Shown here: in pieces, positions 36,722 through 46,282 of the stretch
Layout of the letters: each line of letters starts with the position of its first letter
Position numbering within the stretch: position 1 is the stretch's first letter
From: Bacteroidota bacterium
GTDB lineage: Bacteria; Bacteroidota; Bacteroidia; JABEUT01
Direction: 5' to 3'
Length of the DNA stretch: 51,899 bases
Assembly (NCBI GenBank): GCA_013288205.1
Contig: JABDCH010000003.1
Coordinates: forward strand, 533 to 52,431
The notes under the pieces: generated by a model
Database searches by the model: none
Told to the model about the DNA's origin: nothing
Seen by the model: only the letters and a program-made list of their open reading frames with translations
Translations under genes and position numbers: made by a program

Positions 36722-37336
36722 TTATTGATGCCTATTTAAAGCCGCCTGTATCTCCGGCAATGCAGCAACTTGCGAAGCATTTTTCCAGTTTATATTTGGG
36801 TGGTTAATTGCCAATCCGGGCGGTATAATAAGTACCTTAAAAAGCAAGGTGGCAAAAGCCGGACTTGTGGCAAGATAACCGGGGTATTTTGTGTAAGCGC
36901 CTCCACCGGTATAATAGGTAAAGGAAATGGAGTCGTTATTGTAGCGATAGTTCATTTGGTCGCCATTATTTACTAACGATGAAACAGGCAGGGCATTCCA
37001 GTCTGCACCATACCCTGTGCTCCAATAAGCTAGAACGAGATCGAGAGAGCTGATTGTAATATTGGAATCTATAAAGCCGGCAACCCAATGGTAGGAGGGT
37101 GAGCCAACCGGAACCCATGAAGATTCAGTGTCTTTCGAGACAACTGTTGTATTAACAGTATAAGTTACAGAAATGACATTAGCTGACCCGTTTATACCTG
37201 CAGTTCCTTGCACGCCCTGTGGGCCGGGAGGACCGGTATCGCCCTTGCTGCATGAATAAAAAAGACCTGACATGGCCATAATAGAGGTGCATAAAGCAGC
37301 CATGGCCACAAAAGAAAAATGCCTGGGGAGTTTCAT
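36722..37336 (-). CDS. Lipoprotein with a short collagen-like G-X-Y repeat
   Basis: Lipobox LFYS-C followed by GDTGPPGPQGVQGTAGING. Confidence 0.75.
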   Translation of the reverse strand: MKLPRHFSFVAMAALCTSIMAMSGLFYSCSKGDTGPPGPQGVQGTAGINGSANVISVTYTVNTTVVSKDTESSWVPVGSPSYHWVAGFIDSNITISSLDLVLAYWSTGYGADWNALPVSSLVNNGDQMNYRYNNDSISFTYYTGGGAYTKYPGYLATSPAFATLLFKVLIIPPGLAINHPNINWKNASQVAALPEIQAALNRHQ

Positions 37337-37482
37337 AATAGTATAAATGGTTTATGGGATTAGACTCCAAATATCTGATAATCCTTCGTATGCATCACAA
37401 TAGCTATGAACTTAATATGGTTAAAGAGCTATAGCGCTCTGCTGCAAATTTACTATTTTCGCAACTTATAACAACCTATATT

Positions 37483-38868
37483 ATGGCATACGATTTAATT
37501 ATAATAGGCAGTGGTCCGGGAGGATATGTAGCTGCCATCAGGGCATCTCAACTGGGAATGAAAGTGGCTATTGTGGAACGATCTGAATTGGGCGGCATAT
37601 GCCTCAATTGGGGTTGTATTCCCACCAAAGCATTATTGAAAAGCGCGCAGGTATTTGAATACCTGAAACACGCCGAAGATTATGGAATAAAAGTAAATGG
37701 TGGCGAAGCCGATTTTGCCGCCGTTGTAAAGCGCAGCCGCGGGGTAGCCGATGGCATGAGCAAAGGCGTACAATTCCTGATGCGTAAAAATAAAATTGAG
37801 GTTATAAAAGGAACAGGGAAATTAAAAGCGGGTAAAAAGGTGGAAGTTACCGATGCCGGTAAAGCTACCGATTACGAAGCTAAAAATATTATTGTAGCCG
37901 TAGGCGCAAGGTCGAGGGAATTACCTACCCTTAAGATTGATGGCAAAAAAATAATCGGGTACCGCGAAGCAATGGTGTTGCCTTCTATTCCTAAATCGAT
38001 GGTGATTGTAGGTTCAGGTGCAATAGGCTCGGAGTTTGCATATTTCTATGCGACCATGGGAACTAAGGTTACCCTGGTGGAAATGCTGCCCAATATTGTG
38101 CCTGTAGAAGATGAAGAAGTATCTAAACAATTGGCAAGATCATTTGCCAAATTAGGTATTGATGTACGCACCGAAGCATCTGTTCAGAAAGTTGATACCG
38201 CCGGAACAGGCTGTAAAGTCACCATTAAAGACGCTAAAGCAGAAACCGTTATCGATTGTGATGTGGTTCTTTCTGCTGTGGGTATTGCTTCTAACCTCGA
38301 AAATATTGGGCTGGAAGATTTAGGTGTAATTACTGAAAAAGGAAAAATAGTAGTGAATGCTTATTACCAAACCAACATACCGGGCATTCATGCCATTGGC
38401 GATTGTGTTGGCGGGCAAGCATTGGCACACGTAGCAAGTGCCGAAGGTATTACTTGCGTGGAAAAGATGGCAGGCCAGAATCCGGAACCGCTTGACTACA
38501 ATAACATGCCCGGATGTACATATTGCCAACCCGAAATTGCATCGGTAGGATATACTGAAAAAGCAGCTAAAGAAGCCGGTTATGAACTAAAGGTGGGCAA
38601 ATTTCCATTCTCTGCATCAGGTAAGGCAAGTGCTGTTGGTGCAAAAGAAGGTTTTGTGAAACTGATTTTCGATGCAAAATATGGTGAGCTTCTCGGCGCC
38701 CACATGATTGGGTATAATGTTACCGAACTTATTGCTGAAATAGTAGTAGCCCGTAAATTGGAAACTACAGGCCATGAAATAATAAAATCGGTACATCCTC
38801 ACCCAACCATGAGCGAAGCTATTATGGAAGCTGCCGCTGCAGCCTATGGCGAGGTAATACATTTGTAA
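37483..38868 (+). CDS. lpdA: Dihydrolipoyl dehydrogenase
   Basis: GSGPGGYVAA, GGICLNWGCIPTK and HPHPTMSE motifs; -7 variant TATTTTCG at 37454-37461. Confidence 0.98.
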   Translation: MAYDLIIIGSGPGGYVAAIRASQLGMKVAIVERSELGGICLNWGCIPTKALLKSAQVFEYLKHAEDYGIKVNGGEADFAAVVKRSRGVADGMSKGVQFLMRKNKIEVIKGTGKLKAGKKVEVTDAGKATDYEAKNIIVAVGARSRELPTLKIDGKKIIGYREAMVLPSIPKSMVIVGSGAIGSEFAYFYATMGTKVTLVEMLPNIVPVEDEEVSKQLARSFAKLGIDVRTEASVQKVDTAGTGCKVTIKDAKAETVIDCDVVLSAVGIASNLENIGLEDLGVITEKGKIVVNAYYQTNIPGIHAIGDCVGGQALAHVASAEGITCVEKMAGQNPEPLDYNNMPGCTYCQPEIASVGYTEKAAKEAGYELKVGKFPFSASGKASAVGAKEGFVKLIFDAKYGELLGAHMIGYNVTELIAEIVVARKLETTGHEIIKSVHPHPTMSEAIMEAAAAAYGEVIHL

Positions 38869-38872
38869 GAGG

Positions 38873-39640
38873 ATGCGGGTTCGCTTAAGAATAGGTTTTT
38901 TTGCCGCAGTTTTATTGGCAACGGTAAACGGATTTGCGCAATCTAATGGTGATTTGTATAAAACGGCGGTGGGCCTTCGTGTAAAGGGGCAATTTCATAA
39001 TTCCCTTGCTATTTTCAAGTTATTGTTAAGCAGAGACTCCGACAACACAGCATATTTAGATTATGTGGTTGTGCTTTCTTGTAAAACACTGCACGATGAC
39101 ACCAAGCCCAATAATCCTCCGTTAGACCAGTACAAGCATATGGAATACCTGGCAAAAAAATCATTAAAACTCGATAGCACCAATTCCGAATCGCATTATG
39201 CCTATGCTTTTTGCATCGGCGTTATTAGTGAATATGCCAGTCGCAAAGAACAGATTGCCATTGCGGGCATCATGAAAAAGGAGTTAGATAAATGTTTGAA
39301 GTTAAATCCTCGCAATGCAGGGGCATATCACCTGCTGGGGCGTTGGTTTGATAAGCTGGCAGGTTTTAATTCCGTAGAAAAACTGGCTGTGAAGGTTCTT
39401 TATGGAAGCACCCTGCCTGAAGGAACTTATGAGCAAGCGGCTGCTGCTTATGAGAAGGCTGTTCTTTACGAGCCTGATTATATTCTGCACCAGTATGAGC
39501 TGGCAGTGACCTATCATCAAATGAATAAGGATGCGGATGCAAAACTGTGGCTTCAAAACGCTATTCATGCTCCATACGCCGGGGATGATTCGGCTATGGT
39601 TAAAAACAGTTGCCGCAAACTGCTTTTGCAGTTGAAATAA
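38873..39640 (+). CDS. Exported TPR-like helical repeat protein
   Basis: Signal peptide; LNPRNAGAYHLLGRW and YEKAVLYEP..LHQYELA helical repeats. Confidence 0.7.
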   Translation: MRVRLRIGFFAAVLLATVNGFAQSNGDLYKTAVGLRVKGQFHNSLAIFKLLLSRDSDNTAYLDYVVVLSCKTLHDDTKPNNPPLDQYKHMEYLAKKSLKLDSTNSESHYAYAFCIGVISEYASRKEQIAIAGIMKKELDKCLKLNPRNAGAYHLLGRWFDKLAGFNSVEKLAVKVLYGSTLPEGTYEQAAAAYEKAVLYEPDYILHQYELAVTYHQMNKDADAKLWLQNAIHAPYAGDDSAMVKNSCRKLLLQLK

Positions 39641-39799
39641 TTTTTCATTATTTTTTTGCTTCATGTTACTTCACACTTTTTTCGATTTATCTATATCGAA
39701 TATAAATTTATATGCTTAAGTACAGGCTGAAAATCAGTCGCTTGCAGGCATTTCGCAACTCTGTAAGATAAAATTGGAAGTTAGATATAAATAAAGTAC

Positions 39800-39862
39800 C
39801 TGGCAAATACCACGCAAATCAAGTCATTGACTTTTGGAGAAGATGATAAGTTTTTACTAGGG
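39800..39862 (+). pseudogene. Decayed coding fragment homologous to 9036-9098
   Basis: 47/63 ungapped identity by hand count; reads LANTTQIKSLTFGEDDKFLLG. Confidence 0.45.
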
Positions 39863-39933
39863 GTGAATATATTTTATCGCAAAGATTCCGTCAAAATAAT
39901 TATTTACATTTGTGATAGAACCTATTATATCCA

Positions 39934-42120
39934 ATGGACGATCACGGAACAAATAAAGCCTCCTCTGCCGGGGGAGGCTTGGGCATAGCAGTTGTAGTTC
40001 TGTTAGCAGCGCTTGTTCTTTATGTGGTAAATCGCCATAAATCTTCCAACAGTTTTAAACATCCTTTGCCCGAGTTAAATGAACAAGGCACTAAGCAATG
40101 GAGCGATGCCGATAAGTATTTACCTAGTCAAACATTTACCCTCCAAACAAACCAGGATACTGTAATTCAAACAAGGGGAGGACTTATTGTTGCCGTGCCT
40201 GCTAATTGTTTTTTAGGCGATGATGGGAAACCTGTAAGCGGGGCTGTGCAATTGGAGATAAAGGAAGCGCTTGATGCCGCATCGATGATGAAGGCCGGAT
40301 TATCTACCAAGTCAGGAAATAGATTATTGGAAAGTGCAGGGATGTTTTATTTGAATGGGAGAAAAGATGGTAAATCACTGAAGATAAATCCCAATAATGG
40401 AATATATGTGCATGTGCCTGCGGATAGCATTAAAAGCGGTATGCAGGCATTTGAAGGCAAGCGTATGCCCGATGGTACAATAGATTGGGTCAACCCTAAA
40501 CCATTGATGCACGATTTAGTTCCTGTAAATATTCATACGCTTAACTTTTATCCTCCTTTGTATTTAGATTCTCTTGCCGCATGGGGTAAGGATATAAAAA
40601 ATAAAAAGTATACAGATAGTTTATATTATTCGTTTGCAAGTCTTTTTGGAGACCAAAATGCACAGGATTCTATTATACGCGAAGGGGCCAAGTTATTCAG
40701 AGCAAATTGTACCGATTGTCATGCTAAGACAGGTCTTTCATCATTAAGCGGAATTATTAACAAGGTTCCACAACCATATCAGGACTGGTTGCTAAAGTAT
40801 ATAAAGAATAATTCGAAATTTCGTAAATCGGGGGATGCTTATGCAAACAAAGTATATACTGATAACAATGCTAGCGCGATGACTAGTTTCGAAGGAATAC
40901 TTACCGACAAACAGATAAAAAGTATTATCGCTTTTCTTGTTCCTTATCGTAGTTATTATCCCAAGGATACAACAAACTACTTCCAGACCCAATCAGATTC
41001 TTCCGTGTGTGGCATCAACCCCGCGAAAATAAAAGCTATCTGGAATGATGAATTTCAAAACACCCTTATTTCAACCAGGGAATTCGAAGAACGGATGCCT
41101 TATATTCATAAAACAGAAAATAGCGCTATTCTGGATTTGTATGTAAACAATCTTGATAAAAATCTTTCCGGCATTGACTCCCTTGCGGCTGAAGAATTAG
41201 GTGGCGATTTAAAAACAGTATTTCTCTCATTCGCTGCACGGGGTGATGACAGGGTTGCTGTTAAATCATCTTTGTTTAAAAAACTGATGGCTTTTTTCGA
41301 GAAAAAATCAAAACTGTTTACCGAAGCTGCAGTGAGGGCGCAGAATAAATTGTTGGAAAAAGAAAATAAGCTAACTGCTGATATTGCCAATAAGGAAAAC
41401 GCAGAGGCAAACAGGGATGATAAAAGGGAAGCAATAATGCGAGGAGATGAATACAAGCAAAATATGAAAGAGGCATGCAGGCAAGTGGGCGATCCTGATT
41501 CGGTTGGAATTACAGATAAAAATGGATATGCGGTTTTATGCACCGGCACCGGCTGGACAAATATTGATTTTTATGCTGAGCAATCTACATTAAACCGGAC
41601 CACATTAAATTACACTTCTCCTGTTAATGGAAAAACAGCCATTATTAAATACGTGCCATTCAGTGTTACAGTGAGCGATTATGAAAAATACGATAATGTA
41701 TTTGTCTATCTTCTACCTGATAAACTAAATAGCTTTATGAGGCTGAGTGATACAAATGGAAGATTTAAAGAAAACCTGGACGAACTATTTTCCTATAAAA
41801 TGGAATGCATTGCCTATAAAGGGAGCCAGGCTTTTTATTATTCTATGAATAGTGTTTCACCCAAAGATTATGATCGAGTTAATTTGGCACCTGTAAGCAT
41901 AGATGAATTGAATGAAAAGCTGGGGGAATTAGGTAATAAAAATCAGAAGAATGATATGGCTAAAGAACTGGAGTATATGCAATTTGAAAATAAGGCTAAG
42001 GAGCAACTGAAGAAAAATGAAGATACAGCCAATTTTAGAAATAAAGTTCAAAATGTAATATTCCCTTGCTGGCCCCCACAACAGGAAGGCGGAGCTCAAC
42101 ATGGCCAGAAATATCAATAG
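39934..42120 (+). CDS. Large membrane-anchored hypothetical protein carrying a monoheme cytochrome c domain
   Basis: N-terminal TM helix; EGAKLFRANCTDCH (CxxCH) and distal Met SAMTSF; -7 box TACATTTG at 39905-39912. Confidence 0.75.
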   Translation: MDDHGTNKASSAGGGLGIAVVVLLAALVLYVVNRHKSSNSFKHPLPELNEQGTKQWSDADKYLPSQTFTLQTNQDTVIQTRGGLIVAVPANCFLGDDGKPVSGAVQLEIKEALDAASMMKAGLSTKSGNRLLESAGMFYLNGRKDGKSLKINPNNGIYVHVPADSIKSGMQAFEGKRMPDGTIDWVNPKPLMHDLVPVNIHTLNFYPPLYLDSLAAWGKDIKNKKYTDSLYYSFASLFGDQNAQDSIIREGAKLFRANCTDCHAKTGLSSLSGIINKVPQPYQDWLLKYIKNNSKFRKSGDAYANKVYTDNNASAMTSFEGILTDKQIKSIIAFLVPYRSYYPKDTTNYFQTQSDSSVCGINPAKIKAIWNDEFQNTLISTREFEERMPYIHKTENSAILDLYVNNLDKNLSGIDSLAAEELGGDLKTVFLSFAARGDDRVAVKSSLFKKLMAFFEKKSKLFTEAAVRAQNKLLEKENKLTADIANKENAEANRDDKREAIMRGDEYKQNMKEACRQVGDPDSVGITDKNGYAVLCTGTGWTNIDFYAEQSTLNRTTLNYTSPVNGKTAIIKYVPFSVTVSDYEKYDNVFVYLLPDKLNSFMRLSDTNGRFKENLDELFSYKMECIAYKGSQAFYYSMNSVSPKDYDRVNLAPVSIDELNEKLGELGNKNQKNDMAKELEYMQFENKAKEQLKKNEDTANFRNKVQNVIFPCWPPQQEGGAQHGQKYQ

Positions 42121-42181
42121 AACTATTTAAAATTGAGATTGCCACTTGCAATAACATCCTCTCCTGATTCCTAATTGAATC

Positions 42182-43585
42182 TTACCTGTTCTTCATTACC
42201 TCGCTGATATCCTGCATAATTTTTTCAGCCAGGTTTTCAGCCGTGGTACGTGAATCGCCTTCGGCAATAATACGGATAATAGGTTCGGTATTCGAACGGC
42301 GCAAGTGAATCCAGTCTTTGTCAAACTCTAATTTAATTCCGTCGCGTGTATCAATAATATGCTTTTCATATTTCTTCTTGATGCCTTCTAACACCTTATC
42401 TACATTCAATTCAGGTGAAAGTTCAATCTTATTTTTTGAAATATGGTAGTTAGGATATTGTGCACGAAGCATGGAAGTGCTCTTGCCGAATTTTGCCAGA
42501 TGGGTAAGGAATAAAGCAATACCCACAAGCGCGTCGCGACCGTAGTGAATATCAGGGTAAATAATTCCTCCGTTGCCTTCTCCGCCAATTACGGCATTAT
42601 TTTTTTTCATGGTTTCCACCACATTCACTTCTCCCACCGCGGCAGGAAAATAACTTCCTCCTGCTTTTATGGTGATATCTTTCAATGCACGGGTAGAGGA
42701 GAGGTTGGAAACAGAACTTCCTTTTTTATTTTTAAGAATATAATCGGCAACGGCTACAAGGGTATATTCTTCACCAAACATTTCCCCGTCTTCGCAAACA
42801 AGTGCAAGCCTGTCAACATCCGGGTCAACAGCAATACCAAGGTGCGCGTTGTTGCGTTCTACCGTTTTTGAAAGTTCGGTCAGGTTTTCGGGCAAAGGCT
42901 CCGCTTCATGTTTAAAGTCGCCTGTTGGTTCACAATACAGCGGGATGATTTCATCCACGCCTAATTGCTTTAACAGGGAAGGAACAGCAATACCTCCAAC
43001 TGAATTTACCGCATCTAATACCACCTTGAATTTTTTTGCTTGTATGGCTTTCACATCTACAAGGGGCAGATTTAGAATAAGGTCAATATGTTTTTGAAGA
43101 TACGTATTGTCTTCTTTTATTTCGCCGAGCGAATTAACCGTTGCAAATTCAAAATGGCCTGCTTCAGCAATGTTCAGTATATCTTTTCCGTCGGCTTCTG
43201 AAATAAATTCTCCTTTGGAATTGAGGAGCTTCAGCGCATTCCAGTTTTTAGGGTTATGGCTGGCAGTAATAATAATGCCTCCATCTGCTTTTTCACCTGT
43301 TACGGCTATTTCGACGGTTGGTGTAGTGGCAAGGCCCAGGTCGGTAACATCAATACCCATACCTTGCAGGGTACCCGCAATAATATTACGTACAAAGGTG
43401 CCTGACAAGCGGGCATCGCGTCCTATTACAACACGGGGCTTTTTAGAGCTTTTCCCTTTTTGGTTTCTTTTCACCCAGGATGCGTAGGCGGCGGTAAATT
43501 TTACGATTTCGGTGGGAGTCAGACTTTCGGTTCCATTGCTTCCGATGGTACCCCTGATTCCGGATATAGATTTAATTAATGTCAC
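42182..43585 (-). CDS. glmM: Phosphoglucosamine mutase
   Basis: SISGIRG, ITASHNP, AVDPDVDRL, GGEGNGG and RRSNTEP motifs. Confidence 0.93.
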   Translation of the reverse strand: MTLIKSISGIRGTIGSNGTESLTPTEIVKFTAAYASWVKRNQKGKSSKKPRVVIGRDARLSGTFVRNIIAGTLQGMGIDVTDLGLATTPTVEIAVTGEKADGGIIITASHNPKNWNALKLLNSKGEFISEADGKDILNIAEAGHFEFATVNSLGEIKEDNTYLQKHIDLILNLPLVDVKAIQAKKFKVVLDAVNSVGGIAVPSLLKQLGVDEIIPLYCEPTGDFKHEAEPLPENLTELSKTVERNNAHLGIAVDPDVDRLALVCEDGEMFGEEYTLVAVADYILKNKKGSSVSNLSSTRALKDITIKAGGSYFPAAVGEVNVVETMKKNNAVIGGEGNGGIIYPDIHYGRDALVGIALFLTHLAKFGKSTSMLRAQYPNYHISKNKIELSPELNVDKVLEGIKKKYEKHIIDTRDGIKLEFDKDWIHLRRSNTEPIIRIIAEGDSRTTAENLAEKIMQDISEVMKNR

Positions 43586-43760
43586 AGGTTCTTAAAAATT
43601 GGACTGCAAAAATAATTTTTTTTGAATTAACCGGCATTTCTTATATTTTCTTTACGAACAATGTGCTGATAAATCGATATTAGATTTATTTTTTACAATT
43701 GTATTCAAATAATGTATATTTTAGCATCCTGAATCAACGCCAACCGATAATAAATTTTGT

Positions 43761-45203
43761 ATGAAGAGAGTTGTACCCCTTCTTTTTCTTCTTCTACCAT
43801 CCCTGTCTTTTGCACAAATTGATTTTGGGTCGCCATCGGCTGCTGCTATGGGTGGTGCGGTAACGGCCACTGTTAAAGATTGGGAGGCCATTGAAATTAA
43901 TCCAGCCAACTTAGGGTGGAGCAGCAATCATATACTTTCCATGAGTATTGCCAATGTTGGTGTAAGCATGCAGGACAATGCATTGTCGCTCAATAAACTG
44001 AATCAATTAAAACCTGCTTTGGACAGCTTGAACGGACATGGAATCATACCACCGGCTCAACGGCAACAGATGATAGATGCTATGAGCGCTCCCGGAGGTA
44101 TGAATCTTACGGCTTCTATAACTTGGGCGGCCATTTCTTTTTCTATCCCTAAAATAGGTGGATTTGCAGTTAATTTAAGTGATGAACTTTTTGTACATGC
44201 TCAATTGAGTCCAAGTGCTGCTAAAGTAATAGCCGAGGTTTGGGATCAAGATAGTGCAGGCTATGCTGCGTTGCTTAAACAAGACCCGGATCTATTTACC
44301 AATAACCGCACTAGTTTGCTGAGTGGAAGTAGTGCCGGAGGCTATCATTACCGTGAATTGAATATTGATTACGGGCGCAAATTGCTCACTATAAATATAC
44401 CCGGACACGGAACAGGCGCGGCTTCTTTTGAAAACTCAGCATATCTGAATAGCAAATCTAAAACATCGGATACCATATCAAATCCGCTTATCATATATGG
44501 TGGCTTTGGGGTTAAACCCATTTGGGGCCTTGGAGACTATAACTCCAGTATTGTCGGAAGTGAAAATTATGAAGAAGGAAGTTATGTTTATGCTGACCCC
44601 AACTACACAAATGACATGCTGGGAAAAACATTCACGGCCAACGGACGAGGGTTTGGAGTTGATTTAGGCTTGAGCGCATCGTACAAAAAATGGAAACTGG
44701 GCATGTCTGCCATTGACCTGGGTAAAATAACCTGGCAGAATAATTCATTTGAAAATGCTGCCGTAATATTTCCGGCAATAGACACCCTTTATAATATTGC
44801 GCAAAAAAATTCCAAGGCATTTAATTATTTTACTGCCCGTGGAAATGGGGCCAATTACACCACACAGTTACCATCTAAATTCCGTACTGGCTTGAGCTAC
44901 CAGCTTTCTAAAGGCATTTTGCTTTCGGGTGATATGGTAGCACCTTTAAATACGGTAGAAGGGAATTTATTACATCCTTATGTAGCTGTAGGCGCACATA
45001 TCAATCTCTTTAACTTAATGAATGTTAGCATTGGCTATGCCGGTGAAAAAGAATTTCCTAACGTAGTTCCGGCAGGTGTTTTCGTGGCTCTTATGGGTGG
45101 GTTTGAAGTCTTTATTGCAACAGATGATTTGCTGGCCTATATAAATCAGAGCAGCGGTCGTGTTATATCGGCTGAAGCAGGAATAAAACTATTTGGTTTT
45201 TAA
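43761..45203 (+). CDS. Outer-membrane beta-barrel protein, DUF5723-like
   Basis: Signal peptide; AMGGA...INPANLG start; GFGVDLG, DLGKITW and LPSKFRTG motifs; C-terminal Phe. Confidence 0.6.
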   Translation: MKRVVPLLFLLLPSLSFAQIDFGSPSAAAMGGAVTATVKDWEAIEINPANLGWSSNHILSMSIANVGVSMQDNALSLNKLNQLKPALDSLNGHGIIPPAQRQQMIDAMSAPGGMNLTASITWAAISFSIPKIGGFAVNLSDELFVHAQLSPSAAKVIAEVWDQDSAGYAALLKQDPDLFTNNRTSLLSGSSAGGYHYRELNIDYGRKLLTINIPGHGTGAASFENSAYLNSKSKTSDTISNPLIIYGGFGVKPIWGLGDYNSSIVGSENYEEGSYVYADPNYTNDMLGKTFTANGRGFGVDLGLSASYKKWKLGMSAIDLGKITWQNNSFENAAVIFPAIDTLYNIAQKNSKAFNYFTARGNGANYTTQLPSKFRTGLSYQLSKGILLSGDMVAPLNTVEGNLLHPYVAVGAHINLFNLMNVSIGYAGEKEFPNVVPAGVFVALMGGFEVFIATDDLLAYINQSSGRVISAEAGIKLFGF

Positions 45204-45205
45204 GT

Positions 45206-46282
45206 ATGAAATGTAAAATTGCTACATTATTACTGCTCGTATTAACCGTCAAATTGATGGCGCAGGCACCGGGTGTTACTCCTCCTAGGGCTAAGCACGA
45301 CACCGTTAAAACGATTAAAGAAACTCCCGAACAGCTTGCTAAAATGGCCTACAATAAAGGGCTGGACAATTTTTCAAAAAAAGATTATCCTACGGCACTC
45401 AGTAATTTTAATGAAGCAGTTTCGGGCAGCCCGAAATTTGAACCGGCTTATCTTGCACGGGCAAATACACATTTAAGACAAGCTGATTATAAAAATGCTG
45501 AAAGCGATTACAAAGCGGCATTAAAGCTTGATTCCAACGATGAAAAAGCCTGGTATGGATTAGGCAGAACAGAGATAGTGTTGGGAAACAAAGAACAAGG
45601 CATTAATGCTTTTTCACATTTCGTAAAGAAAAATCCGGGTAGCGCAGATGCCTGGTATTGCCTGGGCGAATTAGTAGCCCTTTCAAAAAATTATAAAGAT
45701 GCGTTAGCCGATTTTACATTAGCTATTGGTTCGAGGCCGAATTTTTCTGAAGCATATAATGATAGGGGGGTGTGCAATTATGAACTCGGAACCTATCATG
45801 CAGCCATTGATGATTACAGGATATCGCTGGCTTCTGTAAAAAATGCAACTACCTACAATAACTTAGGTAACGCCGAATATAAGGCAGGTAATAATGATGA
45901 AGCTATAGAAGCTTTTTCAGAGGCTATCGCGATGAATGCGCAATATGCAGATGCATACAACAATAGGGGTGTAGTATATCTTGCTAAAAAGAGCTATCCC
46001 GATGCCCTTACTGATTTCAATAAAGCCATTCAGCTTGATTCTACCAATGCCGATGCGTATTGCAACCGCGCCCTGGTAGAATATCGCACGAATAATAATG
46101 ATAAGGCAAAAGCCGATTGTGATAAGGCGATTAAATTAAAACCCGCCAATGGAACTGCATACCTGAATAGGGGAATTATAGAAGAAATGATGCGCCGGCC
46201 GAAAGATGCCTGCCAGGATTGGCAGCAAGCTGCACAATATGGAGTAACAGTGGCAAATGATTATACAAAAGATTGCAAATGA
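45206..46282 (+). CDS. Exported tetratricopeptide repeat protein
   Basis: About nine canonical TPRs (AYNDRG, AYNNRG, AYCNRA, AYLNRG). Confidence 0.92.
   Translation: MKCKIATLLLLVLTVKLMAQAPGVTPPRAKHDTVKTIKETPEQLAKMAYNKGLDNFSKKDYPTALSNFNEAVSGSPKFEPAYLARANTHLRQADYKNAESDYKAALKLDSNDEKAWYGLGRTEIVLGNKEQGINAFSHFVKKNPGSADAWYCLGELVALSKNYKDALADFTLAIGSRPNFSEAYNDRGVCNYELGTYHAAIDDYRISLASVKNATTYNNLGNAEYKAGNNDEAIEAFSEAIAMNAQYADAYNNRGVVYLAKKSYPDALTDFNKAIQLDSTNADAYCNRALVEYRTNNNDKAKADCDKAIKLKPANGTAYLNRGIIEEMMRRPKDACQDWQQAAQYGVTVANDYTKDCK

Noticed and set aside
36722-37336. Collagen-like lipoprotein as a novel system
   Set aside because: Only about six G-X-Y triplets, a common Bacteroidota lipoprotein type, and no informative neighbours.
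39801-39816. Sigma-54 -24/-12-like spacing TGG-N10-GC in the repeated fragment
   Set aside because: It lacks the TT before GC, the homologous copy points at no gene, and conservation extends well beyond a promoter with a codon-like pattern.
42121-42181. Possible further heptamer repeats after the cytochrome gene
   Set aside because: Units are too degenerate (CTCCTGA/TTCCTAA) to call.
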